Source: Lama guanicoe (lineage: Eukaryota). Taken from it: 64,000 bases of DNA. The translations under genes and the position numbers were made by a program. Below, in pieces: positions 48,143 through 59,500 of the stretch; position 1 is the first letter of the stretch; the number at the start of each line of letters is the position of its first letter. The notes beneath the pieces were generated by a model. It saw only the letters and a list, made by a program, of their open reading frames with translations, was not told the DNA's origin and did no database searches. The stretch is taken from the NCBI GenBank assembly GCA_013239625.1, contig MU054323.1:15132029-15196028 (forward strand). The letters are read 5' to 3'.

Positions 48143-51133
48143 TATCTCTTGTAACGGTCTTTATTTTAAAGTCTGTTTTGTCTGATGTAAGTATTGCTAC
48201 TCTGGCTTTTTTTTTTTTTAATTTCGATTTGCCTAGAATAACTTTTTCCATCCCCTTACTTTCAGCCTGATGTGTCTCTAGATCTAAAGTGGGTCTCATG
48301 CAGGTGGCATATATATATATGTATACACATACATACATATACACACACACACACATATATACATATATGTATATGTATATCTATATATCTTGTTTTTGTA
48401 TCCATTCAGCCACTTTGTGTCTTTTGGAGCATTTATTTGATTTTCATTTAAGGTAATTATCGTTATGTAGGTTCTTACTGCCATTTTGTTAATTGTTTCG
48501 AGTTTGTTTTTGTGGGTCTTTTTTCCCTTCTTTTGTTCTCTTCTTTAGGGATTTAATGACTACCTTTAGTGTTATGTTTGGATTCCTTTTTCTTTTTTTG
48601 TGTGTATGTCTATTGTAGATTTTTGGTTTGCAGTTACCATGAGGTTATTATATAGCAGTCTGTATATAAGGTGATTGTTTTAAGTTGCTGACCTCTTAAT
48701 TTCAAATGCATTTTAAAAATCCTGCATTTATACTCTCCTCCCCTCATGATTACTGTCTTTGATATCATATTTTACATCTGATTGTTTTGTGTCTCCCTTA
48801 ACTGCTTATGGCAGATTTTACTACTTTCATCTTTTAACCTCCCTACTCGCTTCGTATGTGGATGGTTTCCTACCTTTCCTGTATGTTTACCTTTACCAGT
48901 GACTTTTTTTTTCATTTTGTAATTTTCTTGTTTCTAGTTGTAGCCTTTTGTTTCTCTCCTAGAGAAGTTCCCTCAACATTTGTTGTAAAGTTGGTTTTGT
49001 GGTGCTGAACTCTTAGCTTCTGCCTGTCTGTAAAACTTTTGATCTCTCCATCAAATCTGAGGAAGACCCTTGCTGGATAGAGTTTTCTTGGTTGTGGGTT
49101 TTTCCCTTTCATCATTTAAAATATATCGTGCCACTCCCTCTGGCCTGCAGAGATTCTGCTGAAAAATCAGCCGATGGCCTTACAGAAGTTCCTTTGTATG
49201 TTATTTGTTGCTTTTCCCTTGCTGCTTTTAATATGGTTAGGGAAGTTTTCAGCTATTACATTTTCAAATATGTTCTCAGCCCCTATCTCTCTCGCCTCTC
49301 CTGGGACCCCTATAATGCAAATATCAGTGCCCTTGATGTTGTCCCAGAGGTCTCTTACACTGTCCTTGTTTCTTTTTTCTTTATTGTGTTCAGTGGCAGT
49401 GATTTCCACTCCTCTGTCTTCCTGCTCACTGATCTATTCCTCTGTATCATTTAGTCTACTATTGATTCCTTGTGGCTTACTTCTCATTTCAGTTATTGTA
49501 TTCTTCATCTCTGGTTGTTCTTTTCTAACTCTTTATTAAAAACGTCTAACTTCTCGCTCTGTGCATGCTTTCTTCTCCCAAGTTCTTTGATGATCTTTGC
49601 AATCATTACCCGGAACTCTTTCTCAGGTCGATTTCCTATCTCCACTATACTTAGTTCTTCTTCTGGGGTTTTATCTTGTTCCTTCATCTGGAACATGTTC
49701 CTCTGCTGCCTCATTTTGTCTAAGTTGCTGTTTGTATTTTGTAAGTATGTGGTAGGTTGGCCATGTTTCTCAACCTTGGAAAATGGCCCTCTGTAGAAGT
49801 CCTATGCATCCTGGCATTGCACTCCCCTCTTGTCACTCATGCTGTATGCTAGGGGTTTCCCCCTAGGTGGGCTGCGTGGGTCCTTCCACTGTAGCAGGCT
49901 GACTGTGGGTGGTCTGGTAGGGTTGGCTGGCCCCTACCCGGTTGGTTGCCAGGCACTGCCTTGTGTGGGTGCTGCTGGCTGCTGGTTAGCAGGGCTTGGT
50001 CATGAGGCGGCTGGCTGCAGAACCCTGGGAGATCCCTGGCACTCGTGCTGGCTCACTGGTGGGTGGAGCCAGGGTCTATAAGACTCTGGGGCTGCTGTCC
50101 CCTTACTGGTGGGTAAAGCCAGGTCCTGAGCTTAATGCCGGACTACTGGCAGGCAGAGCCTGGTCCTGGAGTCTGGCCAGAGGGCCCAGGGATCCCAGAG
50201 CTCATTTCAGATCCAGAAGCTTGTGTTAACCTGCTACTGGGCAGGGCTGGGCCCAGCTGGTCCCTGGGTGGGGTCTGGCCTGCTATGGGATTGTGGTTTT
50301 CTTGGGTCTGGTGTCTGTGCCCTGGTGGGTGAGGCTGGTCTGGAGGCTTGTGGAGGCTTCCAGGTGTGCAGAGCCGGGGCCTGCCCACTGGTGGGCAGAG
50401 CTGGGTCCCGGCCCTCTGGTGGGCAGGGCCCTGTCTAGGGGCATGTCTACGTCTAGGTGCACTGTGGGCTCAGGAAGCCTGTCTGCAGCCTGTCTGCTGA
50501 TGGGCGGGGCCATGTCCCTTAGTTAGTCGTTTGTCCTGAGGCGGGCTCGAACTGGCACCTACAGGCTGTCCGGCTGCGGTCTGGGCGCTAAGAAGCTGGA
50601 GAGTGGATCCCACACCCTGGTGAGGTCAGCACCACCTCCCTCCTGGTAGAACGAGCTCCCAAATATGGCTGCCGCTGCCTTCTGTGACCCCAGGGTGGCC
50701 GGCCCCGCCTTTCCGGGAGACTCTCCAAGACCAGCAGGTAGGTCTGGCCCAGGATCCTCTCAAATGATGGCTTTTGCCCTGTATCCCGGTGCACGTGAGG
50801 ATTTACATGTGCTTTTAAGAGTGAAGTCTATTTCCTGCAGTCCACTGGGACTCCGGAAAAGAAGCCCCACTGGCCTTCAAAGCCAAATGCTCTGGGGGCT
50901 TGTTTTCCCGGTGCAAGATCCCCAGGCTGGGGGGCCCGATATGGGCTCAGAGCTCTCACTCCTGTGGGAGAAGCTCTGTACTTTTATTCTCCAGTTTGCT
51001 GGTCACCCACTTCAGGGTATGGGATTTGATTATATCATAAGTATGCCTCTCCAACCTGTCTTCTTGTGATTCCTTCATGTGCTCCTGAGAGGAGGTGAGC
51101 TCAGGGTCCTTTCTATTCCACCATCTTGGCTGG
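48143..51133 (-). mobile_element. LINE-1 retaining 5' UTR, ORF1 and ORF2 N-terminus; 3'-truncated
   Basis: 5' start CAAGATGGTGGAATAG (reverse of ~51114-51129) and GC-rich 5' UTR. ORF1 pieces MRQQRNMFQMKEQDKTPEEEL, DLWDNIKGTDICIIGVP..AENFPN, LYPARVFLRFDGEIKSFTD. ORF2 pieces YITIITLN and KKARVAILTSDKTDFK. Frameshifted. Confidence 0.93.
48309..48388. repeat. Compound (TA)n/(CA)n/(TACA)n microsatellite within L1 ORF2
   Basis: ATATATATATATGTATACACATACATACATATACACACACACACACATATATAC... Confidence 0.9.
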
Positions 51134-51238
51134 TATTGTTGCATATTTTTAAGTGGTGGCTGATTCAGTGGCTTCAAAGACCTCTACACTTTCCTTCCTT
51201 TAAGCTACCTGGCAAAGCTGCAAAGACATTTCTCCCTA

Positions 51239-53050
51239 TATTATGATTCCATTTTGAGGATAAAGGAACATAGGAGTGAGATAATACTTGGAATTCTAGC
51301 CCAGATCATGCTTTCATAGATCCTCTGGGTTCATGGACTCACTAAGTCCATGACTATTGAGTCACTTCCCAGCTCTAAAATATGGCATTAGAATGGACAT
51401 ACTTAGCAGCTGCAGCAACTGCAGGCATCGTAGTCCCCTCATTTCCCCATTTTAATCAATAGTTTAGTCCCTATTAAAACCAAAGGGATCATGGACAGTA
51501 AGAGAGATCTACTATAAACTTAACCAAGTAGGAAGCCCAGTGTATTAGATGTGGTATCTTTGTTAGAGCAGATTAACACAACCATGGATGTGGGGTGTGT
51601 GGTTACTGATTTGCCAAATGTGTTTTGCATATTCATCAGGAAGAAATATCAGAAGCAATTCCCATGCACAGTGACATTATACTGTTAGAATCTTGCCCTG
51701 GGGCTGTGTGAATTCTCCTTCTCTCTGTTATAATATGGCCCAAAGGGACCTGAAACATTTAGACATTCAATAGAACATCATACTGTTTTTTTTAATATTG
51801 ATGACATCAATGTGTTTTTATATATCAATATCAATATAATTTTGTATTGATAAATTGCACGTGAGAAGCTACAAGGAGCAAGTATCCTGAAAGCCTTAGT
51901 AAGAGATGTGAGGTCCAGAGGGTAGGAGACAAACTCTGTAGATTCAGGGGCCCACCACATGACTAAGGAAGAAGTAACAAAATTTGATAAACCTCCTGAG
52001 GCTTTAGTGGGCAGCATTCTTTGCACTTGAAAATATTGCTCCAATTATTTGCTGAATGATGTTGTAAAAGACTGTTAATCTTGAGTGAGACCCAGAAAGT
52101 ACTCTGTAGCATATCTAGTCTGTGATACAAGTAGTCCTGTGGCTTGGACCAGATGACCTGGCAAACCCCACAGTACTAGAGATATCAGTGGGGGAAAAAA
52201 TGTTGCAATGGAGCCTGTGCCAAGCCACAATAGGAGGGTCTGAGAGTAAACTCCTAAGTTCCTGGAGCATGTGCCATCTGCAGCAGAGAACTATATACTA
52301 TTTGAAAATCAGATCCGTCAGGCTACGAACTGGGCAGATTTAATGTGATGGTTATGACTGCCCATATGAACTAGATACTGTCAGGCCTACCAGGTTGATT
52401 CCATCAATAATCTAACTTGGTGGGTCTTGAAGTAGAACATCTGGGCAGGCATAGAGGGTACAGGTAAACTACATGAACAGAAACCCCTATCCCCACGTCA
52501 CCCACCACAGTTGTACCAGCATCTTTAATTTTATTCACACCTAGGCTTTATGGGGTGGAGTGAGGTTCCTTATGATTAGCTGACAGAGGAGGGAAAAAGC
52601 CAAGCTTGGTTCATGAATGGGTTGGACTGGCATGTTTGTCAATGTCAATATTGACTTGTTAATATCAACACTGACTGTTGGTACACTATCACCCCATTCT
52701 GACGTGTACCTGAAAGACAATGGAGAGGGGGAATTCTCCCAGTGGACACAACTTTGGTTATTGTATTTGGTAGTCCACTTTCTTTGAAGAGAGAAGTTGC
52801 CTGAGGTGAGGATAAATGTGGACTGATGGGCAATGGCAAAATGGCTTAGCTAATTGATCATATTCTGGAAGGAGCAAGATTAGCATACTGTGGACTGATA
52901 GGTCTGGACAAGAGGCATGCAGATGGACCTATGAGAGTGAGCACAGAGTGTAAAGATACTTGCATCACATCTTAACATATGTCAGAGAGTTCCCCCAGTG
53001 GAAGAGGCACTGAACTACCCAAAGGATGACTCAGCCAGTTTATGTCATCC
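51239..53050 (+). mobile_element. ERVL-class internal region (protease end, RT, RNase H), right part
   Basis: GGACATACTTAGCAGCTG (DILSSW), GGGATCATGG..TACTATAAACTTAACCAAGT (GSW..DYxKLNQV), GATGTGGTATCTTTGTTAGAGCAGATTAACACA (DVVSLLEQINT), GATTTGCCAAATGTGTTTT (DLANAFF-like), ATGTGGACTGATGGGCAATGGCAAAATGGC (TDSWAVANG-like). Heavily decayed; no LTR seen. Confidence 0.85.
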
Positions 53051-53400
53051 ATGGACAGATTTTGAAGTTAAAGGCAAAAGAATTTTCTGATGGATTGGAC
53101 GTAGGGTATGAAACGAAAGTGTCAAGAAGGACTTCATGGTTTTGGCCTGAGCAATTGGAAACATGGTATAGCCATTGACTGAGATTGGGTGGATCGGATT
53201 TTTGCGTAAATATTACGAGTTCAGTCTGAGGCCTATTGGTCTGAGATGCCTTTTAGACACACAAGTGGAGATGCTCGGAGGCATTTGTTATACGAGTCTG
53301 AAGTGGAGGAGAGTTCAGCCCAGAGTAGAGGTGGAAAATCACAGGAATGGTCAGAGAAATCCTATTGAGGGGGCTGAGGAACCCAGGACAAGGCCATTCC
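53051..53400 (-). mobile_element. L2 fragment
   Basis: CTGATGGATTGGACGTAGGG..GTCAAGAAGGACTTCATGGTTTTGGCCTGAGCAATTGGAA..TGAGATGCCTTTTAGACACACAAGTGGAGATG. Confidence 0.85.
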
Positions 53401-53554
53401 CCTCCCTTGCATTGCTCATGTGTACCATGAGGGACACAAGTGTCAGGATGGTAAGGTCTCTGATAACTTTGCAAATCAAATTCTGAGCAAATTTTGCAGA
53501 GGTAGGAAAGATTGAGAGTTTGAGCATTGTTTCAGTAGAGCCAACATATAGAAA

Positions 53555-53915
53555 CTTCTAGTGCTTACGCATTTTTGATGCTCCTCTTTTTCTGGGCACC
53601 GCGAGAATTACACTTTGCTGCATCCCTGGCAGTGGGGCGGGCTTACATGATTAGTTCTGGCCTTTAGGTTGTAAGAGGGCTTCAATGCTGAGGCATCTAA
53701 TTGCTGGTGCAGGACTCTCCACTGCTCTCTTCCCCTGCTGTGGAAAGCATGGAATATGTGGAGGGAGAGATACCACAAGATGAAGGAGTCAGGTTAGTGA
53801 GCTACCACGGAGGACTTGCAGCCCTGGATTTTGCAGCAGACCTTCCTGTGGGTGAAGCCACTGAGATTTTGGTGTTGCTTGTTATTGCAGCATAATAAGA
53901 TCTATCCTGACTGAT
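53555..53915 (+). mobile_element. MLT1 (MLT1I/J-like) MaLR LTR
   Basis: TACACTTTGCTGCATCCCTGGCAG..CATGATTAGTTCTGGCC..AAGCCACTGAGATTTTGG..TTGTTATTGCAGCATAA..TATCCTGACTGAT. Confidence 0.8.
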
Positions 53916-55329
53916 TGGTCTGTTGGTGATAGATTGTGGAAGTTCGTGGCAATGAAGTTTTGGTCTTTATATCTGGAGTAGGGAATGTGATAAGAAGAGT
54001 CTAAGAAACCAAACTTTACTCATGTCACCATTTTCCTCAGGGCTGTGAAGAACAAAGATACCTTCTCTCGCATAAATGTGCTATCCTTTTCAATTTTCAT
54101 TTTGGACTATATATTGTTTTTAATAATTCCTCCCTTTTTTCTTTTGCTTTATGCTGCTATAGAGAACCATAAGGCTCATTTTGGTGACAATAAATCTATA
54201 AATATTTACAACTAGACTCCACCAGTTTTAAATAACCAGACCCCTCAGTTGCTTAAAGATACCACTCAGAGTGAAAGTTCGCCTGTTAAACAATTAAACA
54301 ATTAAATCACAGATGTTTAATGGAGTTTCCAGTGTGCCTGACTAACATTTATTAATGATAATATTGGATTTATGTTTTTAAAGCTTGTCAGTTAGAATTA
54401 AAATATACTAGACACATCTTTGTATTAGTCCTTTTCGCCCTTGGTGGGTTAGGCCAGAGAATAAAAATTTGCATGTATTTGGAGTAAGAAGTAATTTATG
54501 ATGCAGGTTTTTTACTTGTGTGGTGTCTTATGCTCACTTGTCAATGATCTTCCTGTTATGCTGTGGGGGGAATATACCACTGGGATTTGGATTAAATAAG
54601 TCAAGCATACAACACTTTGTAGAGCTTGTATTTGATGTTTGGTGGATCCAATCCATACGAAAAGCTCAGCAAAAACAGTAAAATAAGTAACAACAACAAC
54701 AAACTGTAGAAACAAAAAAGCTACCCAATACATTTTTAGCTGAGAACTAATTTTGGCACTAAGTTAAAGAGAGATATCACATGAGTTTGCTGGTCTTTCA
54801 ACACCAACAGCTAAGTTTTCTTTGAAACCTATGAAATTAGCCAATTGATAATTAAAGAAAGCTCATTACCAAGCAAATACAAAAAAGCTATTCACCTTTG
54901 AAAGATGACATTTTCATTATAGAAACAGCAGAAAAGGACTTAGGAAACTAATGAAAAAACATAAAATGCAAATTACTGCTGCTAATTGGTTGTGTCTTCA
55001 AACATATTCTGAATTATTAATTGATAAAAAGTACATCTCTTCCTTTAAATATGAGAGAAAGAAATGGTATTCTCCCCTCGTGGTTGGCATTAGAATTGTA
55101 ACAACTCATTCTTCTTTAGGGTAGTTGTATCAAATTTTTGTTGAGAGGATGAAGAGGAAGAATCAAAGAATCCCAATTTTCTCCAAAGTTCTGAATTCTT
55201 CTGTTGAATAGCTAGTTACATGTTAAATTTCCAGTCTTTATATAGAGTTAATAAAGAACCAAACTGAAAACACAAATATTAGCCAGTGGATTCCAAGAGA
55301 CAGTATCACTTCTCCTTTGTTCATTGTCA

Positions 55330-55755
55330 TACCAAGCATTTTTCAATGTCTGGCACAGAGCCATTGAAACAGCTCTCGTCGAGGTGATCAGCAATTTCCA
55401 GCTTGACAAGTCAATAGTGAGGTCTCATCTTGCTTGATATTTGTCACAGCTGACCATTCTCTCCTTCTTGAAATGCTTTCTTTTTTGGCTTCTGTGATAT
55501 CACTTATTTTCTTCCTACTTCACAGGATATTTCTTCTTAAGCTACAGGCTTCTCTGCCTCTTTTGAACATTGCAGGGCCCCTGGTGTCACTCCCTCATTC
55601 TCCCATTTGGTGATATCATCTCATCCCGTGGTTTTAAATATCATCTAGATGTTGAGACTCTAGATATAATCTCTTCCCTGAGTCCAGACTTGCATATCTA
55701 ATTGCTAAGTCAGCATTGCTTATTAGAGATCAAACGGGATTTCAAATCAACATGC
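55330..55755 (+). mobile_element. L2 ORF2 fragment
   Basis: CAGCTGACCATTCTCTCCTTCTTGAAA, TCCAGACTTGCATATCTAATTGCTA, TTTCAAATCAACATG. Confidence 0.75.
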
Positions 55756-56090
55756 AACATCATGAATGAGTCTCAAAAGCATTATACTAAGTAGAGAAAA
55801 CCAGAAACAAAAGATTACATGCTGCCTACTTTATGATTCCATTTTTATGACAGATTTATGGTGATTCCCAGTGGCTTGTGGTAGGAGATGGGATTGACTG
55901 CAAAAAGGCACAAGGTAGTTTTTTTTGGAGTGATGGGAATATTCTGTATCTTACTTATGCTGGGAAGGTGATGCTTATATGATTATACACATTTGATTAA
56001 ACTCATTGAAATACATCTTTAAAATGGGTGAATTTTTCTTGCACAAATTGTTTGCACTAAGTATTCTTCTATAAACCTGGTTTTTAAAAC
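55756..56090 (+). mobile_element. L1ME-like 3' UTR fragment inside L2
   Basis: ATGAGTCTCAAAAGCATTATACTAAGT..TATGATTCCATTT..GGGATTGACTGCAAAAAGGCACAAGG..TTAAAATGGGTGAATTT. Confidence 0.82.
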
Positions 56091-56595
56091 TGCCCAAGTG
56101 CCTTCTCATTACAATTAGGATGAAAGAAAAGTATTTATTATTCTTGCTTCAGCCATATTAGTCTTTGTTCCTCAAATTAACTAAACTCACTTCCATTCCC
56201 GTGCTTTTACCCTAACTCTTCTGTTTGCTTGGATATTTCTTCCTTCTGGTATCTGAATGGCTAACTACATTTATTTCAGAAGCCAGTCTCTCAGAGAGAT
56301 TTTTCCTGTCTTTCTTTTCTAAAATAAGTCTTCCCTCTCCTTCAAGTCAAACTACCCCATTACCCTGTGTTAAGCACTTAGCACCAGTCTTATATATTTA
56401 TTTGCTTTCTTCTTTATGGACCCTCCCTCCTCACTGGTCAGCAAGTATCTGGAGGAAATGGAAACTGTCGATTAGAGTCACTGTGGAATCTCCCAAGATA
56501 AGGCCAGCATCTGGCATACTGTAGGCACTGAATAAAATTTGTTGAATAAATAGATACACAAATAGCAGGAACTTAATAAATGTTTGTTGAGTGGC
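56091..56595 (+). mobile_element. L2 3' end
   Basis: CTGGCATACTGTAGGCACTGAATAAAATTTGTTGAATAAAT tail. Confidence 0.75.
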
Positions 56596-59500
56596 TGACT
56601 AATTGAACTCTAAACCACAATAATAAAAACTGGCACTTCATGTTTAATTAAAGCATCATGGTGCAAAGAATGTGGATCAATGATGCTAATGGAGTATGTA
56701 CATAAAACATATGCATCCATCAGCAGCATTTATTAAGGTCTTTCCGTGTGAACAGCACTGAGCTACAGGTGGCCGTCACTTATTTTAAAGAAAACATTCT
56801 GTCAGTCATTTCCACCCAATTGTTTAAACTTTCTCAAGGGAATATGTTTCAGGGAAAAGCTTCTGAGTTCAGACTTCTGCAAGAAATTTGTGGAAAGTGT
56901 GGACATGTGTTATTTTAGTAATTTTTTGTGTGTAAGAAGTTTTGCTCTGAATCCAGTTTTTATGGATATTTTTGCTAGATTTGAGAAATTCTGAAATCAA
57001 ATAGTATTTTCTCTAATAAATCACTCTTGGTATAGTAAAAAAACATGCTTTGTTTTTGTAAATAGTTGCATTAAAAAATAATTATTCAGCCAGCTCTATT
57101 TTGAGGAACATAAAGGGTGGTCCTGCCTTGGATATCTGAAATTATAAGTAACTGGGCAGTAAGTGGTCATACCAGCAGCACCCAACCTGGTGATTATTTT
57201 GATAATGCTTATTAAAAGATCACAAATTAAATTTGGACATATGTATCTTTTCTGTGTGAACAAAATTCAGAATAGAAAACCCTGTGCTAATCGAACTGAA
57301 TGAATAGTACTCAGTACTTAGAGCAGTGAAATCACCAATAAGAGACACATTAATGCACATTCACACAGTGGAACACAGAACTCTTCTTATGATAGCTGTG
57401 GTCTGGTCTTGATTCTTGGACCTTATGTTATTTATTTTTCTTTTGATGGACATTTTAGTCCAAACAAATCAAGAAGACAAAAGCCTCTTCCTGGAGTTTA
57501 GGGTTGCGCTGCCCTAAACCCAAATGATTCATCGCAGTAACATCACTTTTTTCTGGAAGGAAGGAGAAGGTGAGGTGGAAGCAGGTGAGGATAGAGTGTA
57601 GGTGGGAGACGGTTTCAGCAATGCTGACTGACTGTCATCTCTGTTCCAGATCCTCCAACTCACCTTCTCCAAAGTGAGTAATTCATACTTAGTGACAGAG
57701 AGATCCAAGTTCCTGGTAATTATGTCTTCTAAAGCAGCACCAAGTCAAGGAAAGTAACAAAGTAACGTAATTCAGCAACTTCATGTATCAAATGATAGTA
57801 TATCAAAGAAAGACTTGAAGTGTCAAATCCCAATCCTAAATGTTATTCTGTGATTCATATTATAATGTTTGCTGTAGAGTCTGGATTCAGCTTCACTTAG
57901 TAGCATCTGAAGGAAAACAAGTGCATGATTTCATTTTATAACTAACATGTGATCATGTGAAATTGATTAACCTGTGTCCTTTTCATTTCCTTCCCTTGTA
58001 AAGACAAAATAGCATATACTATGCACTTTATGCTGAACCCTCTGTAGGGACATTTTAAAAATTCTGATGCCCAATGTTCTTAGATTTTAAAATTGTGGTA
58101 AAACAGTAGTATTTCTACTACCCCTTCAAGCAATTATCTCTAGTCTCCTGATCTCATAATTATCAAGATATAAGCTAAAAATAATTAATAAAAACCCCAG
58201 CCACTATTTTCTGGAGCCCCCTCCCCCTGTCTCAAAATAGACACTGGCTTGTTAGGCCTCCTTTCTGGAGGTGGCATCACTTATCCATTTCACCTACATG
58301 ACCTTGACTGAAATTGTAACTCTGGGTATATGAAGAAAACATAGCATTATTAGAAAGTAACTGAGGTGACATTACAGAATGAGAACCATGAAAGTGTCCT
58401 ATTCGTTTTTCTTAAGAGAAGAATAACTAGAACAACAAGAAGGGAAAGAAAGAAATAATAATAATAATAATAAAATAGTCACCACCTTGCTGTCCACTTG
58501 TAACCTGTCCAGTGCCAGAGCAGGGGCTTTTAAATAATCGCATGTCATTTTTCATAACACGGAAAGTAAGTGCTACTGAGACTCAGAGTGGTTAGCTTCC
58601 TGTTTCCAGGATCAAATGGAAAATGCCAGGATCTGAGCCAAGTGTCTGCTTGGTTTACTCTCCCCCCACTTCAGGATACTTACATATGATGTACAGTGAT
58701 ACTCTTGCAGTTATATTTTCATCTCTTTTCTGGATGGGCTCAGATTTGTGTCTTTGCTTTAGGTGCCTTTGTCTTGGATTGTCTTCAGTGTCTTAAACCA
58801 TGTATTCGTGGTTGTGCTGTGTTTCATGGAGCTGCTGTCTTCCCTGTATCAGGGCCCTCATTGCTAGCTGCAAAAATGACCAGTCTCTGGGTCTACAATA
58901 GCTGGAAATCCAGATTGTAAATATACTGCTCATGACCCGATGAAGGGATGCAGCTCTCTCTCTCCCCTGCTTTCTGTTGTCTCCTGGCTTCCACTACTTA
59001 TCTCCCTGGGAGTGACTTCTTTTTGGGTTTCAAGGTCCTAAACCTCTCTCTGTGTCTGAGCTCTCTGTTGGCCCTCTGTGGGTTCCTCGTGGTCAACATT
59101 CTACCTGCCTAGAGGGCTGGGGAGGATGTTTTGGAGGGAGAGGCGCTCCTAGGTTGGACCAGAGCTGAAGATGAGTAGTTACCATCACACCTCTCGTGGA
59201 GCACAGCTAAAATCCTTGTCTGGACATAGCAGCTTTTGATTCTATGCTTCCATCATTTTATGTCCGCTAATTGTGTAAGCTAGACAATGAATGTGAATTT
59301 TTCTCAAATGCCTACCATCCAAACTCAGTTGTCTAGAATATTTCAATTAAAAGTGTCTCTGTTACTAAATATTTCTGCATTTTTCCTCACATTGATAAAA
59401 ATTAAAACCTGAAAGCCCTGAAACACATACATAATGAAAATAAATATCTAAGGCATCATCTGAAAAATTAAGATTAAATTCAAGCTGCGACAGTGTATCG

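Noticed and set aside
49800..51130. GC-rich region with many overlapping ORFs (up to 134 aa), suggesting a gene or CpG-island promoter
   Set aside because: It is the L1 5' UTR. Long ORFs reflect stop-codon scarcity in GC-rich DNA, and none has a recognisable product.
51330..53050. Reverse transcriptase/RNase H as an active or domesticated retroviral gene
   Set aside because: Motifs are visible only across many stops, frameshifts and deletions; no continuous ORF and no LTRs.
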